A DNA stretch of 64,000 nt, from NCBI RefSeq assembly GCF_009914755.1, contig NC_060937.1; one strand, written 5' to 3'. The DNA is from the human T2T-CHM13v2.0 reference genome, Homo sapiens. A program made the translations under genes and the position numbers. Of the stretch, positions 15,000-28,010 are shown in pieces (the stretch's first letter is position 1; the number at the start of each line of letters is the position of its first letter). The notes beneath the pieces are model-generated. The model was given only the letters and a program-made list of their open reading frames with translations. It did not search any database and was not told where the DNA came from.

Positions 15000-16495
15000 G
15001 AAAAAGATAAGCAAATTTGGAGGACTCAGATTTATTTATCTCAAAACTTACTACAATGCTACAGTAATCAATACGGTGTGGTATTGGGATGATAATAGAC
15101 ATATAGAACAATGGAATAGAGTTGAGAGTCCAGGAGTAAATTCAAACATCTGTGACCACCTGATTTTTTAGAAGAGTGCCAAGACCATCTAATGGAAAAA
15201 GAATGTGTTTTTCAACAAATGATGCTTAGAAAACTGGACAGTCACATGCAAAATAATACAGCTCAATTCCTTCCTGATTCTAAACACAAAGAAACAACAC
15301 AGTCAAAGTATATTAGTGATTTAAGTAGAATAGATAGAACTATGAAATTATTGCAAGACATTAGTCTTAAATCTTTCTTACCTAGGGTTTTAGAAGGGAT
15401 TATTAGATTTGTTATCAAAAGCAATAGCAACAAAAGGAAAAGTAGATACATTGGATTTTGTAAACATTTTTTAATAAAAAGTATTTTTCTCTCAAAAGAC
15501 ATCATCATGGAAATGATATCACAACTTTCAGAATTAGAGAAGATATATGTGAATCATATATTTAATAAAGGTTCAGTATCTTAAATGTATAAAGAACTCT
15601 TAAAACTCAACAACCAAAGACAAACAACTCAATTTTTAAAAACAGACAAAGGATTTGAATGGACATTTCTCCAAAGAAGATGAACAAAAGCACACAACAA
15701 GATATTATATAACAAACACATGAGAAAATCTTCAACATTATTGCTCATTAAAGAAACTCAAATCTAAATTCCAAGAAACTTCATAAACACTATATTTAAT
15801 AATAATAATAATAACAAGTTACATACAGCAAGGATGTCAAAACCCTTGCACATTGCACATGGGTAGGTAAAATTCTACAGCTGTTGTGGAAACAGTTTGG
15901 TAGTTCCTCAAAAAGTGAAACTTAGATTTACAAATCACCCTGCAATTTCCCACTTAGGCATATACTCAGGAGATGTGAAAACATAAATCCACACCGAAAC
16001 ATGTACCCAAATTTTTACAGCAACTTTATTTATAATAGCCAAAAGATAGAATCAACCAAATATCTGTGAATGAATTGACAAACCAATTTGACATATACGT
16101 AAAATAAAAGAGTATGCAGCCATAGAAAGGGATGAAATACTGACACACGTCACAACATGAATAAGCCTCAAAAATTACAATAAGTGAATGGAGGCAGATA
16201 TTAAAGGTCGCATATGGTATAATTATGTTTATATTGAATATCTAAAATAGGCAAATCCATACAGATAAACAGCAAATTAATGGTTGCCAGAGAGTTGGTG
16301 TGAGTGTGAGTTTGATGGGTTTGTGTTGGGAAGGATGAGGACTTATTTAATGAACAGGAGGTGTTTTTCTGAGGAGATGAAAATGTTTGAGAACTAGAGA
16401 GAGATGGTGAAAGCACAAACAGTGTAAACACACACTAAACGCCACTGAAACTTTGAAATGGTTGTGTGGCATTTAAAGTTCACCTTAGAAAAAAA
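15000..16495 (+). mobile_element. L1MB-type LINE-1 3' portion
   Basis: caaaacttactacaatgctacagtaatcaatacggtgtggtattgg; 3'UTR gagatgaaaatgtttgagaactaga...gccactgaa. Confidence 0.8.
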
Positions 16496-16609
16496 TTCAC
16501 TTTTAAACCACCACCCAAATGGAACAATATTGACATCTACTTTTTGATTTTATTCTATTTAGACTTTTATAAATATGTTTACATATACGAGGAAAATAAA
16601 CCTTAACAC

Positions 16610-17022
16610 ATAAAGAAATATAAATGAGCTGCGAAGTCACATGAAAACATTGAACAACCTAAAATGCATTTTGCATAGTCGAAATTGCCAATCTAAAAAG
16701 GCCACACTCTGTATGATTCTAACTATATAACATTCTGGAAAAGGCAAATCTGTGGAGGGTGTGAAGATCAGTGGTTTTCTCGGATTAGGTGTTACAGAGG
16801 GAAGGGATGAATAGGTGGAAGTATTCTGTATGCAATTGTAATTATGAATACATGTCATTATGTCCATGGAAGTATACAACACAAGACACATAGAACGGTC
16901 CAACATGGAGAGGGATGCATGATATAAAGTTTACGCTGTGGTTAATAATAATGTGTCAGTATTGGTTCATCAATAGGAAGAAATGTACCTCATCAATAGA
17001 ATATGTTAATAATAGAGGGAAA

Positions 17023-17060
<38 letters not shown>

Positions 17061-17110
17061 CTGCACAGGGGTGCATTTATAGAACTCTATGTACTGTCTG
17101 CTTAATTAAC
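16610..17110 (+). mobile_element. L1MC-type 3' end fragment
   Basis: gtatgattctaactatataacattctggaaaaggcaaa...aataatgtgtcagtattggttcatcaat. Confidence 0.7.
17025..17059. repeat. (TG)n microsatellite
   Basis: About 17 perfect TG units. Confidence 0.95.
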
Positions 17111-17779
17111 TATTTGGTCAGGAAAAAACCGACAATGGCAGATCTCTCCCAAACTGAGAGTCTGCCCCACTAAATCTATGTCATGTAGGATAAAGACAGA
17201 CAAGCTTCCTACAGGTTGGTTAACTTTAAATTTATCATGTAAGATAAAGAAAGACCAGCTTCCTGGAGGTCAGTTAACTTTAACCTTTAAAGGTCAGTAA
17301 ACTTTATATCTCTCCAATTTGTCCATATTTTTAAACTTTCTCTATTCACAATATTTTTCATAGGCTCCCTATTAATCTCCTATAAATCTCTACTCATTTT
17401 TTTTGAAAAATAGGAGTGTTTCAAAGTGGAGGCAACTACTATGGGGATCTACACAGCATAAAAAGAGAATTTAGAAGAGCTGCTTTATTTTGACTGTTCT
17501 TCCTAATATTTATAGATATAAACATATAGAGCCCCATAGGTGTTTTCTCCCTTTTGAGATACTTTTACTTTTAATAAATAAGTAAATAGAGACCAATAAG
17601 AAAATAAATGGGGTCTATAAAAATAATATAAAGAAAGTAAAAAACATGACGATTTGGGAATTGGGGAAGGAAATATATTCTACAAATTTGGCATCAACTA
17701 ACCTTCAGGTAGCATGCCTTCATTTCTCCTGCATGACACAGATTTATGGGGGTGAATTCTGTCAGGTTGGGAGAAGCAT

Positions 17780-19000
17780 GTAGGAAAATAATTTAGCACC
17801 CCACCTCAAATGCTACTTAAAATTGTATTCCAGCTGTGTTTTAGATTTGAGTGTAAGCATAAACATTAAAATTTCTAGACAATAACATGTAGAACACATT
17901 CATTAGCTTGGAGGTAAGCAAATATTTCTTAAAAGGAAATGAAATGTACTAAATAGTGATGGAAATATAATATTTTATTAATGGAGTCTTCAGAATATTT
18001 TTATTAATAGGCTCTTCAAAAGAGAATTTAAGAATAAGCCATTGGATAGGAAAAGACCATTGTAATATTTATTTTCATTAAACTGTCATATAGTGAGGAT
18101 ATAAATAACTTTTACAAATCAATGAAAAGAGACAACCTGATTTTTTTTAAATGGGCAAAATCTTGAATTGGCAATTTCAAAAAGAGCAATTTCTAGGTGA
18201 CCAATATAGTGATGAAGTGTTCAACCTTATTTGTCATGCGGAACATAAAATTAGTTTCCACAATAACACATCTTCATAGAATACTAGCATTTACTAAAAA
18301 GCAAAAGGGAGAGAACACCCAGGGTTTGCAATGTTGTGAAGCTATTGAAAATTTTACTCATTGCTGGTAATATTGTAAATTTATACAACTACATTGGAAA
18401 GCAATTGGCAGGATTTAAGTATTGAACGAAAAAATATCTGTGAATCACCAGTGCCACCCCAAGATGAATAATATACGCAAATGTAATCATAAGTTCACCC
18501 AAATACATGGATAAGAATGTTCACATCATATTTTAGTATTAGCCCCAAACTGGGAACAATGAAAACCAATAATGACACCAATAAATCATAAACTTTTTAA
18601 GTAAGTGGTGGTACATTCATTTAATAAAATACCATATTATGTCAATGAAAAGAATGAACAGCTTCATCCAACCACAGAGATGAATATCACAAATATAATA
18701 TAGAGCAAATGCAGGCAGAAAGTAAAGGTGTCATACTGCATAATTCTATGTGTATAAACTTCAAAAATTAAAAAATGTACTTTATAATAACAAAATTCAA
18801 AATAATAGTTAACTTTGGGGAAGAGAAAATGTTAGATGGGAGCACAAGGAGGGCTTCTAAAGTGTTCTTAATGTCCTGTTTTCTGATGAGAGTGGAGTTT
18901 AAATAGATGCATTCATTTTGTGAATATTCATCAAGTTGTACGCGTGTGATGTGTCCACCTTCCCTATGTATTTTATGCTTTATTTAAAATGTTAAAAAAA
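17780..19000 (+). mobile_element. L1ME-type 3' portion
   Basis: Degenerate ORF2/3'UTR (agccccaaactgggaacaa; gatgaatatcacaaatataat; gagcacaaggagggcttct...attcatcaagttgtac). Confidence 0.7.
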
Positions 19001-19097
19001 TTTATAGATGTCAGAAAAAGTTGAATTTCATTGAATATAAGGATATACAATTTTGACTGTTTTTAGTTATACTTTTTGAATAAAAATAAATGAGTAA

Positions 19098-19411
19098 TTT
19101 TTTTTTTTTTTTTTTTTTTTTTTTTGAGACGGAGTCTCGCTGTGTCATCCAGGCTGGAGTGCAGTGCAGTGGCGCGATCTCGGCTCACTGCAAGCTCTGC
19201 CTCCTGTGTTCACGCCATTCTCCTGCCTCAGCCTCCCGAGTAGCTGGGACTACAGGCGCCCGCCACCATGCCCAGCTAATTTTTTGTATTTTTAGTAGAG
19301 ACGGGGTTTCACCGTGTTAACCAGGATGGTCTCGATCTCCTGACCTCGTGATCTGCCCGCCTTGGCCTCCCAAAGTGCTGGGATTACAGGTGTGAGCCAC
19401 CGCACCCGGCC
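19098..19411 (-). mobile_element. AluY
   Basis: Diagnostics gcaagctc, ttcacgccattctcc and accgtgtta-ccaggatggtctcgatc. Long pure poly(T). TSD aaatgagtaa at 19088-19097 and 19412-19421. Internal gcagt duplication. Confidence 0.96.
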
Positions 19412-20494
19412 AAATGAGTAAATTTTCTATGTTATACCTATGTAAAATAAAATAAAGGAGAGATAACAATTCATCATTTAATTTTTGACAAAATAAAATT
19501 TAATCCTTTTACAGTTAGTAAGAAAATTTATATCAAATATTAAATAGAATACAAAAGATATATTTTCTTGTAAAATAGCTATAGGATGTTATAACGAAAT
19601 GTTAAAAGGCTCAGTTTTATATTAGTAAGAAATGTAAACAATTATGGAATAATAAACACAGAATTCTTGTTTGTTTGTTTTGGGTTTTCTTTTGTTTCTT
19701 TCAGACAGAACAGCTTGTTTCTTTCATAAGAAGCCCAACTGTGGTTTTGTAAAAGGTCAGTTCTCTTTCTTGTTCTAATACAAATTATGTAATCCTAAAC
19801 AAAGCAATTACATTTTTGAAATTACTGTAGTTTTCTTAATTTTGCATTGACAATTTATTAATTAAAATACCAAATACAATTCTAAATAAAAGATTAGCCA
19901 AAACAATTTCATAAGCAGATGTTCATCCTTAATGAAACAAAAAAATTCAAATAAAACAAACGTGGGGGAATAAAACAAAATATATATAAAAGTTTGATGA
20001 ATAATAATTAGTATAAAAGTAAATTTTTTGGAAAATGTTTCTTAAAAAATGATTGTCTTTTTAATTAGTTAAAATATCCATGAATTATTTTGAATTTTTA
20101 CCATAGTAGGAGAGTTTTTATCATAAATCCTATGCTTTTTTGCCCTTTGTATAGATATGAAAATTTTCTCATAAAAAGCAGATAGATAGATAAGTTATAT
20201 CAATTCTATTAATAGATAACTTGGAATGAATGTAATTTTTTTTACTATTCTTTGCAGTAAAATTACATTGTATTCCATAAATGACGAAATGTCCTAACGT
20301 CTTTCTCCTTCTCTTTCTGTAGCCATATATGTAAATCATTGTTTTATATATACATAAAAACTTATATTCCTATAAATCTCAGATAGATATATAGATATAC
20401 AAAGAAAGAGAAAGGCAGATAAACATACATATGTTTATCTATATACTTTTGATAAAAATTAAAAGAATTCCTTCTTTAAATTGAAAAATATTTG

Positions 20495-20800
20495 GGCCAG
20501 GCATAGTGGCTCACACCTTAATCCCAGCAGTTTAGATGGCCGAAGTGGGCAGATCACCTGAGCCCAGGAGGTTGAGACCAGCCTGGGCAAAATGGCATAA
20601 CTTGTCTCTACTAAAAATACAAAAACTTAGCTGGGTGCGGTGTTGTGCGCCTATGGTCCCACCTATTTGTGAGGCTGAGGCAGGAGAATCGCTTCAACCC
20701 ACGAGGCTAAAGTTGCAGTGAGCTGAGATCTCGCCACTGTATTCCAGTGTGAGTGACAGAGCAAGACCCTGTCTCAAAAAAATTTAAAAAATAAAGAAGA
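20495..20800 (+). mobile_element. Old Alu (AluJb/AluSz-like)
   Basis: Full dimer; left arm gagcccagg...gcctgggcaa, right arm ggcaggagaatcgctt; degraded A tail. Confidence 0.9.
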
Positions 20801-21477
20801 AAATTTCAGGGTCACTGGAAAGCATCTTGATTGCAAATGATTAAATATATATTCTTTAGAGATATTTGCTTTATTTATGGGGAGCATTTTAGAAATTTTA
20901 TTAATATTTAACACATGACGACTAATTGCACCCATTTTTATGTTTGTTTTTTATGTAAAGGCATATGGCATATGTTTAACCAGATTTACTCGGAGCAGGT
21001 TAAGAAAATAATGGCAATGTTTGTCTTATTACTTCATTGCCAATACAATATTTTAATAAATATCCTACCATCTGCATATAACACATTGATCTGAAAACTT
21101 TGAAAGGACCTTTTATTTATTAAAAATATTTTGCTATATAACCTAATTACCAAGCCTGATTTTTTTTAGAAAAAGTAATCAGAAACAAAACCAGAATTAA
21201 AATAAATATGTAAATAGCTAATTTGATCATGTTTAAAAAGATATAAAACCCAGAAAGCTAAATTTAGCATAAAACCTATAAGATACATTAATCAAATTAG
21301 TAAATTCAGAGTTAAATCAACCTAGATCTAAACAGTTAATATTTTGTTTAATATGTTATTAAAAGAAGATAATAAATCAACATTTAATTGTCATTATTTT
21401 CTAAACAGAAAATGTAATATGTAGCTAAAATTGCAAGGTATTTATGAAGTTCAGAGTATGAAAACTTTAAATTCCTT

Positions 21478-21570
21478 GTATATATATATATGTGTGTGTG
21501 TATATACGTGTATGTGTATATATATGCATATGTAATTATATATATAGATGTATTTATGTGTATGTAAGTA
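21478..21570. repeat. (TA)n/(TG)n degenerate microsatellite
   Basis: Alternating purine-pyrimidine run. Confidence 0.8.
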
Positions 21571-22009
21571 TGGAACTATATGAATGGATTTGGAGAATAA
21601 ATAAATAGGGAACAAATATAATGGTGTAGACTATATGCATATATAGATATACTTATACAAGTATTTTGTATTTTTTATATGTATAAACTAAGAAAATGTT
21701 TCAAACTATCTAAGAAAATGTTTAAAAGTTAATGGAAGGGAAAATTTTAGACTCTTTTCATGTTTGAATGGACACACATGGATACACACACATACATATA
21801 TTTCTGGTCTTAACATTTGATTGAGGAATTAAATTTCAGTTTGAAATAGTTAACATTTGATTGAGGACATTGAGTTTTAGTTTGAAATGCTTGTTCTTAG
21901 AATACTGAAGACATTTTCCCACCAAACTCCAGCTTCTAAAATACTTTATTGAAACCTAGGGATTCTCCATGCCCACACTAACCTAATACAAATATATATT
22001 TTAAATTGT

Positions 22010-22450
22010 CTGGTCATTATTATGCTAAGTAAAATAAGCCAGACATGGAAAAATAAAAGCCACATGATCTCACCTACTTGTATAATCTAAAAGAGTAGAA
22101 CTTATAATAGAGTAGAATGAGGGTTACATGGACTTAGGGGAGTAAAAGGAGGGTAAAGACTTGTTGGTCAAAGGGTACAATTTTTCAGTAGACAGGAAAA
22201 ATAAGTTTTTGAGATTTATTCCACTGCAGGGTAACTATAGTCAGTAACAATGTATTGTATATTTCAAAATTGCTAAGAAGGTAAGTTTCAAATGTCTCAC
22301 CACCACAAAAAATTATGAGTAAGTAAAGTTATAAATATATTAATTTACTTGATTTAATTATTTCACATTATATACATATATCACAACATCACATTGTACC
22401 CATCAATGTATTCAAGTATGATTTATCAGTTAAAAATAATATTAACAAAA
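22010..22450 (+). mobile_element. L1MA 3' end fragment
   Basis: tatgctaagtaaaataagccag...ttggtcaaagggtacaa...catcacattgtaccc...aaaaataatattaacaaaa. Confidence 0.85.
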
Positions 22451-22505
22451 TTGTCTAGCCATTTAGGTTTTTTTCCGTTTATTACAAAAATTATGTAATT
22501 TAGAT

Positions 22506-22743
22506 CAGCGGTCCCAACCATTTTGGCATAAGGTACCGGTTTTGTGGAAGACAATTTTTCCACGGATGGGAATGGAGGGAGGGGAGATGGTTGCAGGATG
22601 AAACTGTTCCATCTCAAATCATCAGCCATTAGTGCCTGGGTGGTAATGCTAACTCACCCACAGCTCACCACCTGCTGTGTGGCCCTGTTCCTAACAGAGC
22701 ACAGACTGATACCGATCCATGGCCCAGGAATTAGGGGCACCTG
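22506..22743 (+). mobile_element. MER1B (hAT-Charlie) with internal deletion
   Basis: TIR-like ends cagcggtcccaacc / ttaggggcacctg; gtggaagacaatttttccacgga; partial TSD ttagat on both sides. Confidence 0.85.
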
Positions 22744-23352
22744 TTAGATGATATTCAGATATTATTTTCATTTTAGTTATATGCTTTTACAAACTTTTTA
22801 GTTTTACTTTGTTAATCCATATTTATCTATGTAATTGCCAAAAATAGGTCTGTTTAAGTGATTAAAAGTCTATTATTTTAAAACTACAATTCTCTGTAAT
22901 TGCCAGTTGGTCTCATCTTTTCACTTCAGATAAACATGACAGGAATTTTGTGAGCATTCAATTGAAACATACAAAATAAGCTGCTGTCAACAGTATCAAA
23001 AGATATTACTTTTTACATATTTCAATATACTCACAAAGCTATCACTTGATAAATGGTGTTTGTCACTATAAATTCTTTTAGTATATTATACAGGTGTCCA
23101 ATCTAAATGAAAGTGATAGTTTTACCTTAGCAGAAAATAAAGAAAAGTAGGACATTGCTAGGAAAACAGAAAATCATTATCTTTAGTAAATTTACAATCT
23201 ATTATTTTGACAATTTATGTTAAATTTAGTTTTACAAAAGTAATTAACTTTAAAAATGTCAAATGGCATTTACAAGCTTCGAAGTTCATTTCTCTCATTG
23301 TCATTATTTGAATTTTTCTCTTTCCTGATTTGTAAAAGTTTCAAGCTTTCTT

Positions 23353-23460
23353 TACCCTAATTTGATCTTTACACATCATGTGCTTGTATCAAAATATCAC
23401 ATGCATGTACTTCATAAATATGAACAGCTATCATGTTTTCATAAGAATTTAAAAATTTTA
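23353..23460 (+). mobile_element. Short L1MA 3' tip
   Basis: taccctaatttgatctttacacat...gtatcaaaatatcacatg. Confidence 0.6.
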
Positions 23461-24245
23461 CCCAATTTGTCTTATTTTGGTATTCTGAGATTTTCAATTT
23501 GTTCTTTTTTCATTTGCAGTATGAACGTAATTGTCATTTAGGTCCATGTTAAAGTATCAATATAATTTGTCATCTGTGTTTAAGATTACTCATTAAATTT
23601 TATAGTACAGGTGATCTGAATATTCCATTAGTCACACAAAAATGTATGTAGGGCTTATGACATAGAATAATTTCCATTTTCTGTCTTGGATAATCCTGTT
23701 TGCTTGCAACTGTGTTGTGTCCAACTATCCAACAATGACCTTTTCCCCTTATGCTTAAGAATGGTCTTATTGCATACATCTAGGCAACATAATTCTTGTA
23801 TTCTGGTAGAGCACTTAATAATGAGCTGATTTTGCTGTCATATGACTTTTTGTTCTGTGTTTATTCCTTATTACCTCCTTCAGGAAATTTTGATATGCTG
23901 GGTAGAGCTACAGTAGTTTTTATATAATAAAAATATGAGGACCACAGTCAGGTATGATGGAACATTAGAAAAACCTTAAGAATGTGACTATATCTAGCGA
24001 AAGCACAGATTTGTTGAAGTCCATAATTTACTTTACATTCCAGAAAAGCAAACATCTATGTTGGTTATAGTTACTATTTTTTTCTCTTGTTTCTACTACT
24101 TCTGTTTGCATTCTGAACAAAAATTAATATTGCATACAGATTTATGTGATTACTCTTGCATATCTTTTTAAAAGAGAGTGATCAATACTATATATTCAAT
24201 CATTTAGCAAACAAAAATGTATATGTGACTGTGTGTCTGTAGGGT

Positions 24246-24249
<4 letters not shown>

Positions 24250-24283
<34 letters not shown>
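24250..24283. repeat. (TG)n microsatellite
   Basis: About 16-17 TG units. Confidence 0.95.
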
Positions 24284-24286
<3 letters not shown>

Positions 24287-24649
24287 ATTTATGTAAATTA
24301 CATTGCTGAAGAAGCAGAATATCACAAAGGACTAAGAGTTTCAAGTTGAGACCTGTTCTGGTGCATTCCTGAAACTTTAAAAATATTAAAATTTTAGCTT
24401 AGAAACAAATGACAAATTCCATGGTACAAAACCCAAATTAGTTTACTTTGGCTTAGCATATGTAAAGACATTAATGTTTTAAAATGGGGGCACAGAGTTA
24501 GTGAGAAAAGTTTTATATGGTAATAAATGATGCTGAGATAAGCAGTAATTGTTCAGAAGTATAACAGGAAGTTGAATTTTACTCTTAACCCATACACAGA
24601 AAATAATTCCAGATGAATTAGAAATGTGAATATAATACAGAAGTAAAAC

Positions 24650-25624
24650 TGATAGAGACAGGAGACAGAGAAATTCTAGGCAGACAGGGGCAGGTTCCTG
24701 GTGAAGCCCCACCTTTAAGCCAAAAAGCCTGAAACCCGCAGCCCAAAGTAAGAACTTCTATACCTGTTTGCCCACTATCTCCTGATTGGTTCTTTCTGAA
24801 TATTGTCTTTTTACTAATCGAATGTTGCCTTTTCCAAAACTACCTACAGCCTGCTTGGCCCCCGCATCTTGTGCTTATAAAGACCCCAGACTCAGCTGGT
24901 ACAGGGGAGAAGAGGCTGGACATCAGGGAGAGGTGACTTGGCTTCAGAGATGATGCCAGATATTAGAGAGAGGCTACTTGACTTCAGAGGAGAAAGGCAG
25001 AGAGGTAGCTTGACTTTAGGGGAGAGTGACATGCCTTTCCTGTCGTCTTTCCAGCTACCCTCTCTGCCGAGAGCCACTTTCATTACTTACTAAAATTCTC
25101 CACATTCACCATCCTTCAATTCATCTGCATGATCTCATTCTTCTTGGGTACTGGACAAGAATTTGGGATGCAGCAAGTGCAAGTACCCAAAAAGACTGTT
25201 ACACTGGCCCTTTGCCCTCACTGGCAGAGAGCAGTCACCCCATGTAACGAGGCAAAGATCCACTGAGCTGATAATACATTTCTGTCCGTGGGCAGTGGAG
25301 CTAAGATAACATTGTAAAACACTCTCTGGGGCCTTGGGGTCACAGGCACTCCCACCTGGACACTGCTGCTTGGCCTTCACAGAGTTTGCTCCTGCCAGTG
25401 CCAAAGCAGCTGGCTAGTTCCCACATTCATTTGCCTACACACTCCCTCCCACAAGGGGTGGGGTACAGTGGACCCGAGTGTTTGCTTCTGCCTACACTGA
25501 AGAGGCAGGCTGGTTCCCACACTCGCTCACCTATGCACACCCTCCTGCAAGACGTTGAGCATGGCAGGCAGAGTAAACGGGGCACCCATGTACTGCAAAG
25601 GGGTCAAGAAAATATCCTGCATCA
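24650..25624 (+). mobile_element. ERV1 solo LTR (LTR28-like, LTR1/27/28 group) inserted in an L1M fragment
   Basis: tgatagagacagg...cctgcatca termini, perfect 4-bp TSD aaac (24646-24649 / 25625-25628), tataaa at ~24876, 975 bp long. Confidence 0.85.
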
Positions 25625-25889
25625 AAACTTTAGAAAGGACCACTGAGTATTATTTATTTTTATGGGACAGAGATTTATTTTTCCTTTTAACAAAAAAAAG
25701 AAAGAAAGCAAATACCATGAAAGCAAACAAATTATTAATATGGTGACAAACTTCATACATTTTTATATAAAATAAGTCCATATTAACAATATAAAAAGAA
25801 AAAATAGAAAAGATATGTTTAATATTTGGTCTCTTGAGATTTGATAACAAATACAAAGGGCACTAGGAAAACAGAAAAGATGAAAACTT

Positions 25890-26790
25890 ATTTTTATTAC
25901 TTCAGATTCGAGGGTACGTGTGCAGGGGTGTTACATGGATATATTACATAATAGTAAGATCTGGGCTTCCAGAAACAAACAAACAAACAAAGAAACAACA
26001 TTCTGGGTACCCAGTATACAAATAGTGAACATTGTACCTGATAGGTAATTTTTCAACCCTCAGTCGCTCTTCTACCATCCCTGCTTTTGGAGCCCCCAAT
26101 GTCTATTATTTCCATCTTTATGTCCATGTGTATCTATTGTTTAGCTCCCACTTATAAGTGAGAACATGTATTTTATATTCTGTTTTTGAGTTATTTCACT
26201 TAGGATAATGCCTCCAGTAACATCTATGTTGCTGCAAAAGGCATGATTAATTAATTTTTTTTATGGCTGCATAGTATCCCATGGTGTCTATACACCACAT
26301 TTTTAAATCCAATCATCCATTGATGAACATTTAGATAGATTTCAAGACTTTGCTATTGTGAATAGTACTGTGATAAACATATAAGTGCAGGTGTCTTTCT
26401 GAAAAAATTATTTCTTTTTCTTTTGGTAGATACCCAGTACTGGAATTTTTAGGTTAAGTGGTAATTCAACTTATAGTTCTTTGTGAAATATCCATACCAT
26501 TCTCCAAAGAAGTTGTACTAATTTACATTCCCACCAACAGTGTTTCTCCACATCCATGCCAACATCTATTATTTTTTAATTTTAATAATGCCCATTGCTG
26601 ACTGGCATAAAATATCTCTTTGTGATTTTAATTTTCATTTCTCTGGTTAGTGATGATGAGCATTTTTTTATGTTTGTTGGTCACTTGTGTGTCTTTCTTT
26701 TTTTGTAAATGTCTGTGTCCTTTGCCCGATTTTTAATGAGGTTGTTTTTTTTTCTTACTGAGTTTTTGAGTTCCTTGTAGATTCTGAAAA
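25890..26790 (-). mobile_element. L1PB4-like 3' end
   Basis: cttttggagcccccaatgtctattatttccatctttatgtccatgtg...ctcccacttataagtgagaacatg; tttacattcccaccaacagtg. Confidence 0.85.
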
Positions 26791-27689
26791 GTTCTTTAGA
26801 GAAATAAAACACACTAGTTGGCAATTTTATATATGTGAGTGTGTGTATATATAACACACATATATAATTATATATACATATTTAATATATGCAAATTCAT
26901 AATTGCATATAATTAGGATATAATCTTTCCAAGAAATGCATAAACATGGTGAACCTTATGCATAATTATAGAATTTGTGTCTGCTTCTTTTTTACACATT
27001 TTATTTTCACTGTACTGTTAAGTCTGAATTATAAATTACAGAAGAATTACTCAATTTTACTTGTGTTACACTGACTCCAGTTCCTCAATGATATAATTAT
27101 TCTTCTCCATTTCCATGGCCATTTTTAACTTGACAATAGTCATCTTTATCTACTTGGATGATTCCTGTACTTAGAATATATCTATTCTAATTTCATACAG
27201 GCACTTAGTTGAGAACTAAAATTAGATCTTTTCTACTTTTTTCTTTAATTTAAAAAATCTCTGTTGACAGTTATTTCAATTGTAATATCTTTTCATTTGT
27301 GATTTTCATCTATTGCTTTATATTTTTAGAAGTATATCTATGCTTTTCTGGTATTAGAAGGGATATTGGATTATCTCCAATATTCTATAAGTCTCCAAAT
27401 ATTTAAAATCTAGATGAGAAGGAAACACATACTTTTAGATTTATTATGGCTTAAATTTTCAAATAGAAAAACCCATCTACATACTAGGAAGAAAGGCAGG
27501 GCTTGAGGCAGTCATGCAGCAGGAATTATAGCTACCCCTACCAGTAATCCCAATGCCTAATATGTTGATAACTAATACTACTATTATTGTTTCCACAGAA
27601 ACAATAAAATTATCAAGTATTAAGAATTGACTATAAAAATAAATTCGTCTTAACACCCTTAAATCATACATATTTTAATTCTCCTAACC

Positions 27690-27825
27690 CATTGTTTTTC
27701 AACACGGCCTGCACATTAGAATCTTCCAGGAAGCTTTCAGAATACTAGTGCTTGAGACCCATACTAGACAAATAAACTCTGGGAGTAGCATTTTAGAAAA
27801 TAATGCCTAACTCTGCTACACAACT
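27690..27825. mobile_element. MER5A-like hAT fragment
   Basis: ggcctgcacattagaatcttccaggaagctttcagaatac. Confidence 0.5.
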
Positions 27826-27844
27826 ATGATTACTATCCCCTTGG

Positions 27845-28010
27845 AAAATGTAGTATTATCCCCATCTTATACTTCAAGATTCTGAGGCCAAAGGAGGATC
27901 CTTAAGAGCATAAATGATTGGTGCAAGATGATCACATTTGTAAGCAAGGAATCAGCTCTCACTCACACCTGACTGACTCTGTGGTCAGACTCTTAACCAC
28001 TAAGCTGTGT
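27845..28010 (-). mobile_element. MIR fragment
   Basis: tattatccccatcttatac...ctgaggcc...ctgactct...ctcttaaccacta. Confidence 0.6.
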
